A stretch of DNA of 64,000 nucleotides from Eledone cirrhosa (GCA_964016885.1 OZ024751.1:23250001-23314000), one strand, 5' to 3'. Counted from the first letter of the stretch, positions 29,735-43,525 are shown. Program-made: numbers and translations. The notes: generated by a model not told the origin, from the letters alone.

Positions 29735-30175
29735 ATATGTTGAAAAGGTAACACACTAGAGAGATATAGTGCACCATCAATAAAACAGAGAAAAACCACC
29801 AGTGTATGGAATCTATAACCTATGAAAGCAGGGTAGGCACAGGGTAATTAAAAATATAAATTAAAATGTATATACAAACCTCTATAACTATATAACACAC
29901 ACGTACAAATCCAAAGAGATCTGTTTCGCCAATAATTTGTTGACAGAAATAAATAGCCCATAGTTCATCAGCGTGTGTAAGGCTATATATTTCAGAAAAC
30001 TCTAAGAGAATTTAAAGCGACTTTCCAGCTACACGTTGGAAAGAGATGTCACAGCGTGTTTAGGGCAGGAAACCAGTGGTGCCTGAGGGACGAGCTGCTA
30101 GAAAGGGCAGCCCCAAACCACCCAGAGGAGTGTGCTCAACCAAACAGAGAGAGAGAGGAAAGACTGTTATAAGGA
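29730..30175 (-). mobile_element. Family G HHR element; rearranged relative at 5615-5895
   Basis: Shared blocks (gtaaggctata...ccagctacacg and ataggttatagattccatacactggtgg) occur in different relative orientation in the two copies. Confidence 0.6.
29897..29978 (-). ncRNA. Type I hammerhead with full stem III (family G)
   Basis: acacacg CUGAUGA [degenerate stem II] GAAAC AGAUC-ucuuug-GAUUU GUA cgugugu; stem I has 7 pairs and stem III has 7 pairs. Confidence 0.65.
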
Positions 30176-30198
30176 CTGTTTAAATATATATATACATA

Positions 30199-30298
<100 letters not shown>

Positions 30299-30373
30299 GA
30301 TACATATATATATGTATACATATATATATATATATATATATATAGATACATAGATACATACACACGCACATAC

Positions 30374-30477
<104 letters not shown>

Positions 30478-30509
30478 GTATATATAACAAGAAAAAAGAA
30501 AAAGTTAAA

Positions 30510-31059
30510 ACTATGGTTTCTAATTTGGGCACAAGGCCAGCAATTCTGGTGGGAGGGGAAAGTCGATTAATTTATTTTATCGACCCCGGAAAGATGAAAG
30601 GAAAATTTGGCCTTGGTCTGATTTTAACTAGGAACGTAAAGAATCCGAACTAATATTGTGTCCAACACCTTTTGTCCAACGCTCTAAGGATATTATCAAT
30701 CCATTGCGCCCCTCCATTAAATTGGCAGAGTCGTTAGAACGTCGTATAGAATGCTTTGCGGTATTAGTTTCGGCTTTCTGCTCCCTGAGTTCAAATCTCG
30801 CTGAGACCAACTTTGCCTTTCATCCATTCAAGGCCGATAAAATAATTACCAGTCAAGTACTGGGATCGATTCTTCCTCACTTCTATTCTCTCACTCTCTA
30901 ACCTATTCTGGAAGCGATCTACTGTATTCAGACCTGGTGAGGGAGGTTGGTCTCGGCCCCGGGTTTAAAAAGAATGCCTTAGAAACGCTGTATGTCAATG
31001 TGGCACCCCTGTAACCCATGCTAGCATGGAAGAACGGACGTAAAACGGTGATGATGATG

Positions 31060-31060
<1 letters not shown>
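30510..31060. mobile_element. Divergent SINE pair (- then +)
   Basis: SINE cores at 30510-30710(-) and 30720-30870(+) with an extended 3' tail. Confidence 0.75.
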
Positions 31061-31090
<30 letters not shown>

Positions 31091-31345
31091 AGGTAATTCC
31101 GAAGAAAAAGCAAAGGAAAAAAGAGTGCTCTATGTATAGAACAGAGCTTCTGAATTAGAAAGTAGTTATATATTGTGTTGTTTACTTTCTAATTATATAA
31201 ACGCTGTATGTCAATGTGGCACCCCTGCGACTCCCTCAGAAGTGACGGGATCATATACTATATCACCCCCCCCCTCCCTCCCCACAAAAACAAAAACAAA
31301 AACAAAGAAGCAATCAAAAGAAGTTAAAAGTTAAAGACTACATAC

Positions 31346-31525
31346 GTAGTCTTCATCAATGGCGGTAACGTTGAGGATAATATCGTTGGTGTTCAAACTG
31401 GGATATTCATTAATTTCTGCTCGATACAGTTTTTTGGTAAACGTTGGTGCATGTATATTCTGATCTGTGACTTGAACACGAAGCTTAGCAGTGTCCTTTC
31501 GCCGGAGATTGTCGGTTTGGTAAGC
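31346..31525 (-). CDS. Cadherin exon (AYQTDNLRRKDTAKLRVQVTDQNIHAPTFTKKLYRAEINEYPSLNTNDIILNVTAIDEDY)
   Basis: Acceptor cattaacag, donor gtatgt; 180 nt; VxVxDxNxxxPxF, YxxxIxE and VxAxDxD motifs. Confidence 0.95.
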
Positions 31526-31678
31526 CTGTTAATGATGAATGGAAATTTGAAAATTCGATCGTTGATATATAATAGAACTATTAAAATAAACAAACGCAAA
31601 GAAAATCCCCCCGAAAAATATATATTTAGATGAATCTAGTTGAATAGGTATTTTTATATCACAAATAACAATTGGTTA

Positions 31679-31748
<70 letters not shown>

Positions 31749-32145
31749 CATGCACCGTATTACTTTTAATTCTAGAAATGTCTTGCCTATGATAGTGTAA
31801 GGGACCGTGATCCAGATACTTTTCCTAAACCTATTCCTAGATCTGCTTGGTGGTGGTGGTGGGGTATTCGGTGTATACTGACGTCTTATCTTCGTAAAAA
31901 CTAACGTCGGCAAGAAATTCTGGTCCCCATGGATTACAAGTACAGTCCATCTAACGGCTTTCCACAGTTTAAATCTAATTTATTTCACTTACAGGGTCAA
32001 CTTGCTTTTATGGGCAGACACCATGCAATGGGATCGAACCCAGCACCTCATGGTTGCGAAGAGATCTCCGTGACCCATTCAGCTAAGTTGCGTTCATATA
32101 GACAATAGAAGGAAAAAGAACAATATATGAAATATTCTCACGTAC

Positions 32146-32291
32146 TTTCACTGTCATTTCAAAAGAGGGAAAATACTTTTTCTGTTGCGAATCTCCGCGA
32201 CTTCTACTAAATCTCTCGATGCTTTGCAGCTGGCAGACCGTTCCATTATCTTCATGTATTCGGAAATAACGTTTCCAATCTGGTGGAGATC
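32146..32291 (-). CDS. Cadherin exon (G-SPPDWKRYFRIHEDNGTVCQLQSIERFSRSRGDSQQKKYFPSFEMTVK), phase 1-0
   Basis: Acceptor ttttctttag, donor gtacgt; 146 nt; FxIxxxxGxV motif; phase matches both neighbours. Confidence 0.9.
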
Positions 32292-32929
32292 CTAAAGAAA
32301 AAAAAAACAATAACAAAAATAAATAACAAAACAAAGCCAGTGAAAATGATACAAACAAATATATAACTTAATTTTTGTATTTGATGTAAAATTATGTATT
32401 GAATCAGAGGGCATGCGACATGGATAAGGTCATAGGCTGCGACGAAATGACTTTGAGTATTAATTAATTAATTAAAAAACTGAACTGGAACACAACTGGT
32501 GCGGCTGTTTTGACTAGTAACATGACCCTCCAATAATACAATACATATACAACGTTTTGTGTTGATCAAATAGCTGGCTATTAATATTAATGAGACTCAA
32601 TGACTTCGTAAATAATCCTTTCCGAATTAGATTGTGATGCGTGGGGCTGATATACAAATGTGGTTTCTGTTCTGTTATGTGATTCGTTTTTCTATTAAGG
32701 ACGATGGTTTCATACAGAAGTGCATTATACTATATTGTAGTGACGTATGTGTGACTGAGTAGGTGACTGAGTAGTAGTAATAGTAGTAGTAGTAGTAGTA
32801 GTAGTAGTAATAGTAGTAGTAGTAGTAGTAGTAGTAGTAATAGTAGTAGTAGTAGTAGTAGTAATTCTTGTTCTTCTCCTCCACCTCCTCAACGTTGGTA
32901 ACTGAAGTGAAATTTAAATACAATATAAT

Positions 32930-33255
32930 AATGGTTTCGGATTAAGGCACAAGACCAACAATTTTAGGGGAGGGGAAAGTCGATTAAGTCGATCCCAGTG
33001 CGTTACTGATACTTTATTTTATCGACCCCGTAAGAATGAAAGGCAAAGATAACATCGGCAGGATTTGAATTCAGAACGAAAGAGGCCGTAACTCTATGTT
33101 GCAAATCATGTTGTCTGACACTCTACCGACACTACTAGTCCACGGCCATCATTATCCTGTCGAGGTTAACTTTGCCTTTCATCCTTACGAGGTCGATAAA
33201 ATAAAGTACCACTGGGTAATTGCTGGCCTTGTGCCAAAAGTAGAAACAATTATTG
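32930..33255. mobile_element. Divergent SINE pair (- then +)
   Basis: SINE cores at 32930-33135(-) and 33155-33255(+). Confidence 0.8.
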
Positions 33256-33920
33256 TGGTATTAATGCCAGTCAAAGACAATATAATCACGAAAAAAAACA
33301 AACAAACAAAACGCAAAAAAATGTTCCATGTTTTACGCATATGATGTTTTGCTATTGATAAAAAATCATTATTACCCAGATTTAGGAGCTGATTGGAGCA
33401 GTTATTGATTTTGTCTGAGAACTAATATCAATTAAGAAAGTAAAACAGAAATATATATATATATATTTCTGTTTTACTTATATATATTCTATATCCTAAT
33501 AGTTTCAATCTCTACGGATTGCAATATAATGAAAATGATATAGAATCCAGAATATTGGCTAATTCTATATTAACAAATGCTAAAATTATATTAATATTCA
33601 TTATGCTGATGAGAATACGGATAACAACAACAACCATAACAAAAATACAGGATAAAATTATATTGGATAATTTGCGGCGACGACACTTACTAGAAATAAC
33701 AGTCAAATCTTCCTCAAATCCCATCACACTAATGTTTAATAAAACAAATCATATATTGGATAGTGTAAACCTAGAAAGGTTGTGTTTGGAAAAACAAAAT
33801 TGCTCGTGATGGTCACCGCTAGAACGCCCTTCACCACAAATCTCCTCGATCAGGAAATTAAGGAAAAAATGCTTCGGAGAAGGCGAGTCTAATTTTTGGT
33901 TGCAGGAATGTGACAATTGT

Positions 33921-34114
33921 CAGACCTGTCAACTCTCCCCGTACGACGGGGAGATCTCCCACCCACTTTGGGGTGGACGAGAGTTGTCTTATCTTGTCAA
34001 AATGGGTATAGCTTTCATTATGTAAAATTTCCCAATTTTCCTCATTTCTCCCCGTTTTGGGGCACTTTTTTTCATGGTACTCCCCTTTTGGGTTTTTAGA
34101 AGTTGTCAGTTCTG
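33921..34114. mobile_element. Candidate 194-bp MITE
   Basis: Imperfect 14-bp terminal inverted repeats cagacctgtcaact / agttgtcagttctg; no clean target-site duplication. Confidence 0.45.
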
Positions 34115-35349
34115 ATTGCAGACATATTCTTACCTATTAGACCTCATCAGCATAGTACAGTCTAATTAAATCTCCTGATCAGCTATCATACGATTTTACA
34201 TAAAGAAGAACAGTTACGAGTATTTTTGGCTAGTATAATTTGTGTAATTAAAAATAAATGAACTAAAATTAATATCTTTAATGAATTTAATTTTAATAAT
34301 TAAATTAAGGACTGATATACTAAATGCCGTAAGCAAATAATTTTTATTTAATTAACTTCTCTTGGCTGGAGACAAATCTAAATCAAAAGCCTAGCGACAA
34401 TTATTTGCGATTCACAAAGAGAAGGGGAGATAATTTTATGAATAAAAAAAAAAAAAATTAAAAATTAATTTACAAGCTAAATGCCGTAAGCAAAATATCT
34501 TAATTGAATGTTCTTCAGGAGAAAAACAACAACAAAAAAAACAACAACAAAACAAAGCAAAAACACACTGAGACATAAAAAAAACCACAAAAAGCTAGCA
34601 ATAGTTGTTAGCGAATTTCTCAGAAAAGTGGAGATGGTGATAAACTTCTACCACCTCAACACTTCTTTGATTAACAGAACAGTCTGCTCATAAAATTAAC
34701 GCGTTAAGCATTTCTCAGATAATTGTACCCTGGGGGTAATTTTTCAGGGAGATTCAGAGGTAACATAGTGTGTGACAAACTAACTACCTTTGAATTCTAT
34801 AGATACATTTATTTTTTTCAACGTGAGGGGGCTGAAGAAACATGAAATCAAGTGTCTTGCTTAAGGACCCAACGCCCGACCGGAAATCGAACTTACGGTC
34901 GTAAGACGAACCCCATAACCACTAAACTATGCCCCTTCACTACAACAGAGACAGAAATAACAGCAACAGCAATAATAACAAAAACAACAGCAGTATAAAC
35001 AGGAACAACAACAATAACAAAAACAATAACAATAACAGCAGAAAAAGCAACAGTAACAACAGCAATATCAGCAGCAACAAAAATAACAGCAGCAGAAATA
35101 ACAACAGTAACAACAGCAACAGCACCAAATCAGAAATAGCATCAATAACAACAGCAATAAGTAACAACACAAACAACAATAACAGTATCAGAAATAGCAG
35201 CAACAACAGCAGCACAACAACATTTATGATAATTTTTCCTTGCATAGTTCTGAGTGCTGTAAAGCTGCCAGACACGTCACTTGGAGACAGGAAATGTAGT
35301 AATAGTTTATGAATACACATCATTAAACTATTGTTTCACGTATGGCATA

Positions 35350-36095
35350 GACAAGTAAATAAGCTGGTGAATTGGTAGTCGTTAGAACGTCACATATAAT
35401 GCTTTGAGCTATTCTTTCCTGTTCTTTGCGCTCTCTGAGTTCAAATCCCGCCGATGTCATCTTTGAATTTTTCATCCGTTCAAAGTCGATAAAAAAGAGT
35501 ACCAGATCTGCACTGGGGTCAATATAATCTCCCTGTACCTTTGTCACTTCCTCTATATCACACTTCTCCGTCCGTATGTATATACCTTATTTACTTGTAT
35601 ATCGGTATCTACAAGTAAATATGGCGGTAGGTTGGTAGAGTCGTTAGAACCTCTCATGAAATGATTATGCTATTCGTTCCGGTTCTTTGCGCTCTCTGAG
35701 TTCAAATCTCACCGATGTCATGCTTTTAAGGTCGATAACAAAAGTCCCAGATCAGCGCTGGGATCAATTCAATCTTCCTATATCTTTGACACTTCCTCTA
35801 TATCACACTTCTTCTTCTTCGGCCGTATGTATATATCTTATTTACTTGTATATCGGCATCTACAAGTAAATAAGGTGTGGAATTGGTAGAGTCGTTAGAA
35901 AATAAGATAGAATACGCTGTGCTATTCGTTCCAACTCTCTGCCGATGTGAACTGTGGCTTCTTTTAATCCTTTCAAGGTCGACATAAAAGTATCAGTTTA
36001 GCACTGGGGTCAATCCATTCTCCCAATATATTTGTCAATTCCTCGCTACAGTTCTTCTCCTACTTGTGTCTTCTTCTTCCTTGTGTATGTATATC
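35350..36095 (+). mobile_element. Three tandem ~250-bp SINE-containing units
   Basis: Repeated ggtagagtcgttagaa...gagttcaaatc...gcactggggtcaat plus a shared flank with hairpin tatttacttgta/tacaagtaaata. Confidence 0.75.
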
Positions 36096-36117
36096 GGCGA
36101 AGATTGTAGATTGGTGA

Positions 36118-36249
36118 AACACCAGTGCTTTTCGAAGTAAGACCCGGTTTTTAAAAGCTACAACACCGGTGTTTTTCGAAGTAAGAACCGGTTTTTCAAA
36201 GCTACAACAACGGTGCTTTTCGAAGTAAGAATCGGTCTTTAAAAGCTAC
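36118..36249. repeat. Three copies of a 44-bp tandem repeat
   Basis: aacaccggtgcttttcgaagtaagaaccggtttttaaaagctac units head to tail. Confidence 0.9.
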
Positions 36250-36842
36250 TTTGTCAGTGACACAATACCCCCCCCCCCCACACACACACACACATCCACC
36301 CCCAAAACAGTGAAACAGTGATTAGCGCGTTAGAAGACTACTCAACGCAACGACAACGCTACACTTCACAAACTGCAATATACAAACTAGAATATCAAAG
36401 CATTTGATCATAGCTCAGCTAGATTGGGTTCGATCAGGTGTTGAAGAAGATGAGGAACAAAAAGGAAAAAAGGATAGAAGGGGAAGTCGAAGAAGCAGCA
36501 GATAAAGAAGAAGGAGAGTAAGAAAAAAGTAAGGAAAGAGGAAGAACAACAATAATAAAATCAACAATAAAAACAACAATAACAAGAGTAATAACAACAA
36601 CAACAACAACAACAATAATTGTTTCTACTTTTGCCACAAGGCCAGCAATTAACCAGTACATTACTGGTACTTTATTTTATCTACCCCGTAAGGATGAAAG
36701 GCAAAGTTAACCTCGGCGGGATTTGAACTCAGACCATAAAGGGCCGTAACTCTTTGTTGCAAAACATGGCGTCCGACCCTCTACCGATACTGTCAATTGA
36801 GTTCATTTCAATTGAATAATTATAGAAATGGTTGTTAATTAC

Positions 36843-36933
36843 CGTGAATAATGACGTATTTAATGGGAGATTTCTTCACTGGGTCCTGATCCTCAGCCTT
36901 CATTTTTGGTGAGACCTCAACGCATTCATCTTT
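36843..36933 (-). CDS. Cadherin exon (KDECVEVSPKMKAEDQDPVKKSPIKYVIIH-G), phase 0-1
   Basis: Acceptor ttttgtatag, donor gtaatt; 91 nt; AxDxD and IxY motifs. Confidence 0.9.
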
Positions 36934-37447
36934 CTATACAAAATAAACAACGAAAGTTAGACTTCAAACAGTTAATATTTCTGGGAGTACAGGCATTTTG
37001 TAGCTTGAAATAGAAATTACTTCTACAGGACTAGAACTGTTTCAATCGAATTCAGGACATACCTGATGAAACAGTTTTTGTCCGGTAGAAGTCATTTTTA
37101 TATATATCTATATATATAACAAAGGAGAGACAAAATAAAAACCTAGCCACTGAGGAGGTCACAGAATGTGTGACGAAAGTGCTTTGACAATATATAAATA
37201 ACCTTCCGGTTATATATATATATATATATATATAATATTTACGTATCGAGAGAGAGAAAAGGAGGGATAGGTGATACATGTAGTTGTTTGCCAAATAGCG
37301 TATGCAGAGGGTGCTCAACACTAGTGCCGGCAGTGTTAAATATTAGAAGTGTTAATATCTAGTGGGCGAGAGAATTAGCAGAGCGTAAGCATGTGGGGGA
37401 AGTAAAATACAGGAGAACAGACCGTTAAAACATGTTTATTTAAAATA

Positions 37448-37487
37448 GCACCTACGTACGTTTCGCCTGAATGGGCTTCTCAAGGGC
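37448..37487 (-). ncRNA. Minimal hammerhead, U3-A8 core variant (family D)
   Basis: gccc UUGAGAA GCC-cauuca-GGC GAAAC GUAC GUA ggugc; stem III is the palindrome ACGUACGU; AATAAA follows. Confidence 0.6.
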
Positions 37488-37677
37488 ATAATAACTAAAA
37501 AGCGTTCCTTACATGACCCGGAATGATTTTATAGAGATAAGTTCACTATAGACCTCAACCACCAGGGTAGTAGAGTGGGTAATAGGAAAATGTTGAAGAC
37601 CCCCGACGGCAGAGCTCGAGCCGTTTCGACGGCTATTTCTGGACCAGAAAAGGCCGTCGGGTTCTTGAACATTTTCC

Positions 37678-37764
<87 letters not shown>

Positions 37765-38223
37765 TCAACATGTAAAAGATTAAAGAAACAAACGTAACTA
37801 TCATTTTCGACATTAAATATATGAAAAAATAAAAAGAATAGCAGGGAAAAATAAAAGCAATAATCAATGAAACGCAGACATGTTAATGTGTTCACAAAAT
37901 ATAAAAAATATAAAAACAAAAACACACAAAATTAATTATTCCAGCTATACATCCATTTATTATATATGTATTTATTTATTTATTTCTCTCTCTCGATAAT
38001 ACTCATATACCTTATATATATACATTATATATATACATTATATATATACATTATATATATATACATATATATATACATACACAATACATATATTCATATA
38101 TATATATATACACAATACATATATGTATACATACACAATACATATATAATACATACACAATATATATATATATATACACAATTTATATACACATGTATGT
38201 ACGTATATTTATGCACACACACT

Positions 38224-38257
<34 letters not shown>

Positions 38258-38411
38258 CATATACAGAGATGCATACACACACAAATATACATTACATTAT
38301 ATATATATATATATAAACATATACAGAGATGCATACACACACACAAATATACATTACATTATATATATATACATATACAGAGATGCATACACACACAAAT
38401 ATACATTACAT

Positions 38412-38445
<34 letters not shown>

Positions 38446-38570
38446 TATTTGTATATATATATGTATATATATATGTATATATATATGTATATATATATGT
38501 ATATATTTGTATATATATATGTATATATATTTATATATATATGTATATATATATATATATATAATATATA

Positions 38571-38784
<214 letters not shown>

Positions 38785-38869
38785 ATACTTTGACCCTCCC
38801 AAAGTATAACAATATCGGTTTCAACACACGATTTCAGATAAAGAATCTTGCTAAACAAATTCAGAAACG

Positions 38870-38960
<91 letters not shown>

Positions 38961-41104
38961 CCAAATATGAAATATTCTATGCACTGATAACATTCGCTAT
39001 GCATTGATAACGGCCATGTAAAAAATCTTGATAAAAATGACAAAATCTCCATAATTATAATAATAATGTTATGGAAAAAGATTGGTCATCAACATAAGTT
39101 TATTTTAGAATCTAATCAATATATCGATCAGGCAACAGATTTAGTGTGTGGATTGTTGTATTGATGGTGATGGTTGCAGTAGTCGTCGTGATGGTGGTGT
39201 TAGTAGACGTGGCGGTGGTGAGTGGGGCGATGGCGATAGCAGTGGTGGTGGTGGTGGTGATAGTGGTGCTGATGGTTGTAGTTATGGAGGTGGTGTCGGT
39301 GAAGGTGGTAGTAGGGGTAATGTCCGAAGTGGTGATAACGATCGGATCGAGGTGCTGGTCTTGGTTGTAGTGATGACCATGGTGGGGGTGCCTGCGATGA
39401 TTGTGGTAGTTGTGGTGATGTTGGTGGAGGTTGTGATAGTAGTGGTGCTGATGGCCGTGGTGGTAGTGCTACTGATGTTGGTGGTAGTTCTGGAGGTGGT
39501 GACTGTGGCCGTTGTCGTGGTGGTGGTGGTGGTGGTGGTGGTGGAGATGGTGGTAGTTGTGATGTTGGGGAAGGAAATGATGGTTTGGTTTTCGAGATAA
39601 ATTGAGGCAGTATGGCGGTGATGGTGGTGATGATGGTGATGGTTGTGAAAGTGATGATGGCGGTGAAAGTGGTGATGATGGGGTGATGATGGTGATGCTG
39701 ATGGTGATGACTGCGATGATGATGGCGATGATGATGGCTTTATATATTAGTTTAACAATAACTTTATGTGACTATATTTTAAATTAATTGTTCCTTAAAT
39801 GCTAAAGTTAGTTACACACAGTTGTTTCTAGGTAAATTCATGTTGAATAATGAATAGTATATAAGGAGAGTGAAAGAGAAGAGAGTGAAAAGAAACGTGT
39901 TTGGTCAATATTTAATCTATATTTCCTTAATTTAGGAACAATTCGCTTCTAATCTGATCAGTCAACAGTAAAATTAGTCACCCAGCATCGCCATCCCCCA
40001 ATAGTCACCACCAGCCCGAAACAAATTGAATGAAATATGTAAATATATATGTAAATGTTGCTTTAGTGTAAAACGATTGATAATTGATCAATTGCTTTTG
40101 TTTTTCAAACGAAGAAAATCTAATACGTTCTATAAAAAGGTTTGTCTACCGACAGAGAAGAGAATGTGTGGGAAAAAGTAACTAAGCTAGTTTGCTCTTT
40201 TCTGATTTGTTTTTTTTACAGCACATTGTAGTGGAGAATTTGAATAATTGGAGTTGAATAATAACTGAAAGGAAAACATTGGATATATATATGAATAGCG
40301 TGTTTGTATATTATCTACCTAGCTCTCTGTATGTATGTATGTATGTATGTATGTATGTATGTATGTATGTATGTATGTATGTATGTATGTATGTATGTAT
40401 GTATGTATGTATGTATGTATGTATGGTATATATGGTATATATGGTATATGGTATATATGGTATATATGTCAGGTCACCAGTTGGTGCTACTGGTAACATG
40501 TATTCCAGTACAACCTGTCTCATGGTCGGGTCATTGGCGACTAAACTGGTAACCCCACCAAGGTTTCTTGGTGAGGAGGGTGACTTTGGACATCCTGCAG
40601 GACTAAAAACAAAACCTGTCAAAGGGCAAAGGAGCTCTTAAGAGTCAATGGCCATCCAAAATCACCTGGAGAGATGACCCCTTAGCCTTTGTCAAGGCAG
40701 AATTCTAGGAGAAGGAAAATTCTGATATAACACCTGCAACCCTGATGGTATCCAATGATGTTGACTTGTTCTTCTTTTTGGTAAATATCATCTTGGTTAA
40801 GAGAGTGGGACCGGCTTTGTGCAGTGCCTTTGCTCACTATAAAAGCTTCACGGCACAGGCATTGCTTTATATCTGGAAATCTCTCTGCACTTGTCGTCAC
40901 ATGGTACCATGGGCCCAGCAATATGTGTCAATAATTGTCACAAGTGCAGTGTTTGTACCAGAGTTTTCAAGTCGCTGGCTGGACTAAAAAGTCACCCTCG
41001 TTCAGCGCATCGGTAGGGGTTCTCCTACATGGATATAAAAAGTAGTGGCCGTACTCGAAAACGAGTTGGCAGCCACCATGTATGTATGTATCTGTGTGTG
41101 TGTG

Positions 41105-41167
<63 letters not shown>

Positions 41168-41200
41168 CTACATAGTGTACACACCAACACACACACATAT

Positions 41201-41234
<34 letters not shown>

Positions 41235-41594
41235 CGGTAAGAAGCATCATTCAGTTTCTAAAAGAAAAAAACCGTTTAGAAGCAACGTTCAAGCCGAGAA
41301 AGGTTCTTCAGTTAAGCGTTAATCACTAGCATTTACGTACGAACATTTTCCCGGTGAAAATCAGCTTTCGGTCCTTCAAAAAACTTTTTTTGCAGTTGAG
41401 GTTCAACTTCAAAGTTAAAAAAATACATTGAGTTGCAAATCAGTTTTTTGACAAAAAATATTTTTCATTTAAACGCCGAACTTTGTTTCAGAACTTCATT
41501 TTTAATTGAAAATCAACATAGTGGCTTTAAAATGTTCTTTGGTTGAGAGACATCATTCAGCTTATAAAAATGTAACATTTAGAATAAAATACGC

Positions 41595-42300
41595 TTTTCA
41601 TTCAAAAGCACATTTCTGGCCACAAAATTTGTTTGTTATTCGGAAACAGCTTTCTGATTTTAAAAATTACTTTTGTTGAGATACAGCATCTCATAATTTT
41701 GTTTTTATTCAAAAGCAAATTTCTGCCTAAAAATAAATTCCCCTTCAGATGTTGAATTCTGGGTGAATTATTTTTTTTATTTAAAAGTAGCATTCTAGCT
41801 CTAAAAATTTATTTTTCATTCAAAAGCAACATTCTGGCTAAAAATGTTTTTTTTTAAATTCAAATGCAGCATCCTAACACTGAAATTATTTTTTATCTAT
41901 TTCCGTCTACAAAAGAAAAACAAACCCTTCTTACATTCAAAAGCAGAATTCTGATAAATATATTTTTTATTTCAAAAGCAGAATTCTAGCTCAATTTCTT
42001 TTTCATTCAGACAATATTCTGACTCAAAAAAGTTTTCATGCAAAACAGCATTCTGATTCAAACAGTTTTCATTTTGGCTGAAAATAAATTTTCATTCAAA
42101 AGCAGCATTGTAACTTCCATTTAAAAAAAAATATTCAATAACAGCATTCTGACTAAAAAATATTTTTATACAGACAACATTCTGCTCGAAAAAAAAAGAA
42201 GGAAATTTCTTTTTAAAAAAAATCAATCATTCAAAGTCAATATTCAAACTCTAAAATTTTTTTTTCATTAAAAAACTGCATTCTGGCTGTAAATAATTTT
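41595..42300. repeat. Degenerate ~36-40-bp minisatellite
   Basis: Recurring ttttcattcaaaagcagcattctggctaaaaa-like units, roughly 15-20 copies. Confidence 0.75.
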
Positions 42301-43525
42301 TTAATTGAGAAAAAGAGTTGAACATTTTTGACCAGTATGGTTTGCATACTTAGGAAGGGTGAGATACGGAGAAATACCCAAAATGAGTCAATGGCAATGA
42401 TTTCTATAAGTTAACTTTTATATAAGTTAACTTGTGTGAGACGTTTCTTAGAGAATATCTAGAATTTATAATGAACATTTCAAAGCTCGTAAAGTAAATT
42501 TAGTGAGAATAGATTTGCTATTTCAATCTTTTCATTGGATTTATGGAACGTTTACAGAATGGGAAAAATTACCAAAATCTTCGATTGATTTTTAATGTAT
42601 TTTAAATAATCTTTAAAGACGAAGTCCAAAGACACAAAACTAAAAACACACCTGTTTTTTTTTCTTTCAAAATGAGAAAAATATAAAGAAGCAAATAAAG
42701 AAAGAATGAGGTATTAGAAGTCGATTATCCAAAAAGAGCTTTAAGGCATAATAATCAAGTGTACTTGAAAAAAATATGAGCTTCACTAGAAATCATTACA
42801 TATGGGAAATATACAGCTTTTTAATACGAATATGACACGGTTATTGGGTACGTCGGAAATTATTATATTTGACATTTGAAAACGAAAAAATACCCCCAGA
42901 AAGCAAAGAACAACAACAGCAATAAGTAACAATCTTATAAAGTCTACTCTAATATTTATTCTATTCTAAATGCATTTGATATATTTTTTTCGTTTTTACA
43001 TCTATCTTTTTTTCAACAAAACCTCATAAAAACAAACCAAGAAAAACCTAAAAATAAAAATAGTTTCACTTTCACACATTTTACTATTCCTTCAAGCAAA
43101 ACAGCAGACGTGATTGAATATTATTATGGAGCAGCAGAAGCGTATGATTAAACTGACGAGGAGAAAGAAAGATGTGATTTTTATCAATATTGTAAAGTAA
43201 GGTCAAATAGGTTATTAAAAATTTCGTTCATTTCTAATTAGTAACTATTTAAAGTTACCAATGGTGAAAATCAAACTATTATATGACGCAGCTAATATAA
43301 ATTTACGTCACTCGAGATACTCTATTGTTCTTCCTTTCACTTTACTCTTGTTTATATATTTTTTTGTTTCAGTCATTAAACTGCGGCCATGCTGGGCCCA
43401 GCCTACAAGGACCTCAGTCGATTTAAATAATATACATGCATACATGCATACGTATATATATAAATATATAGCAAGTATTGCACCAAAAATAGATTAATAT
43501 AGACTTCGCCGAGAAAGAAGAGTAA

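Noticed and set aside
36118-36249. CRISPR-like repeated unit
   Set aside because: Head-to-tail copies with no unique spacers, eukaryotic context and no cas genes.
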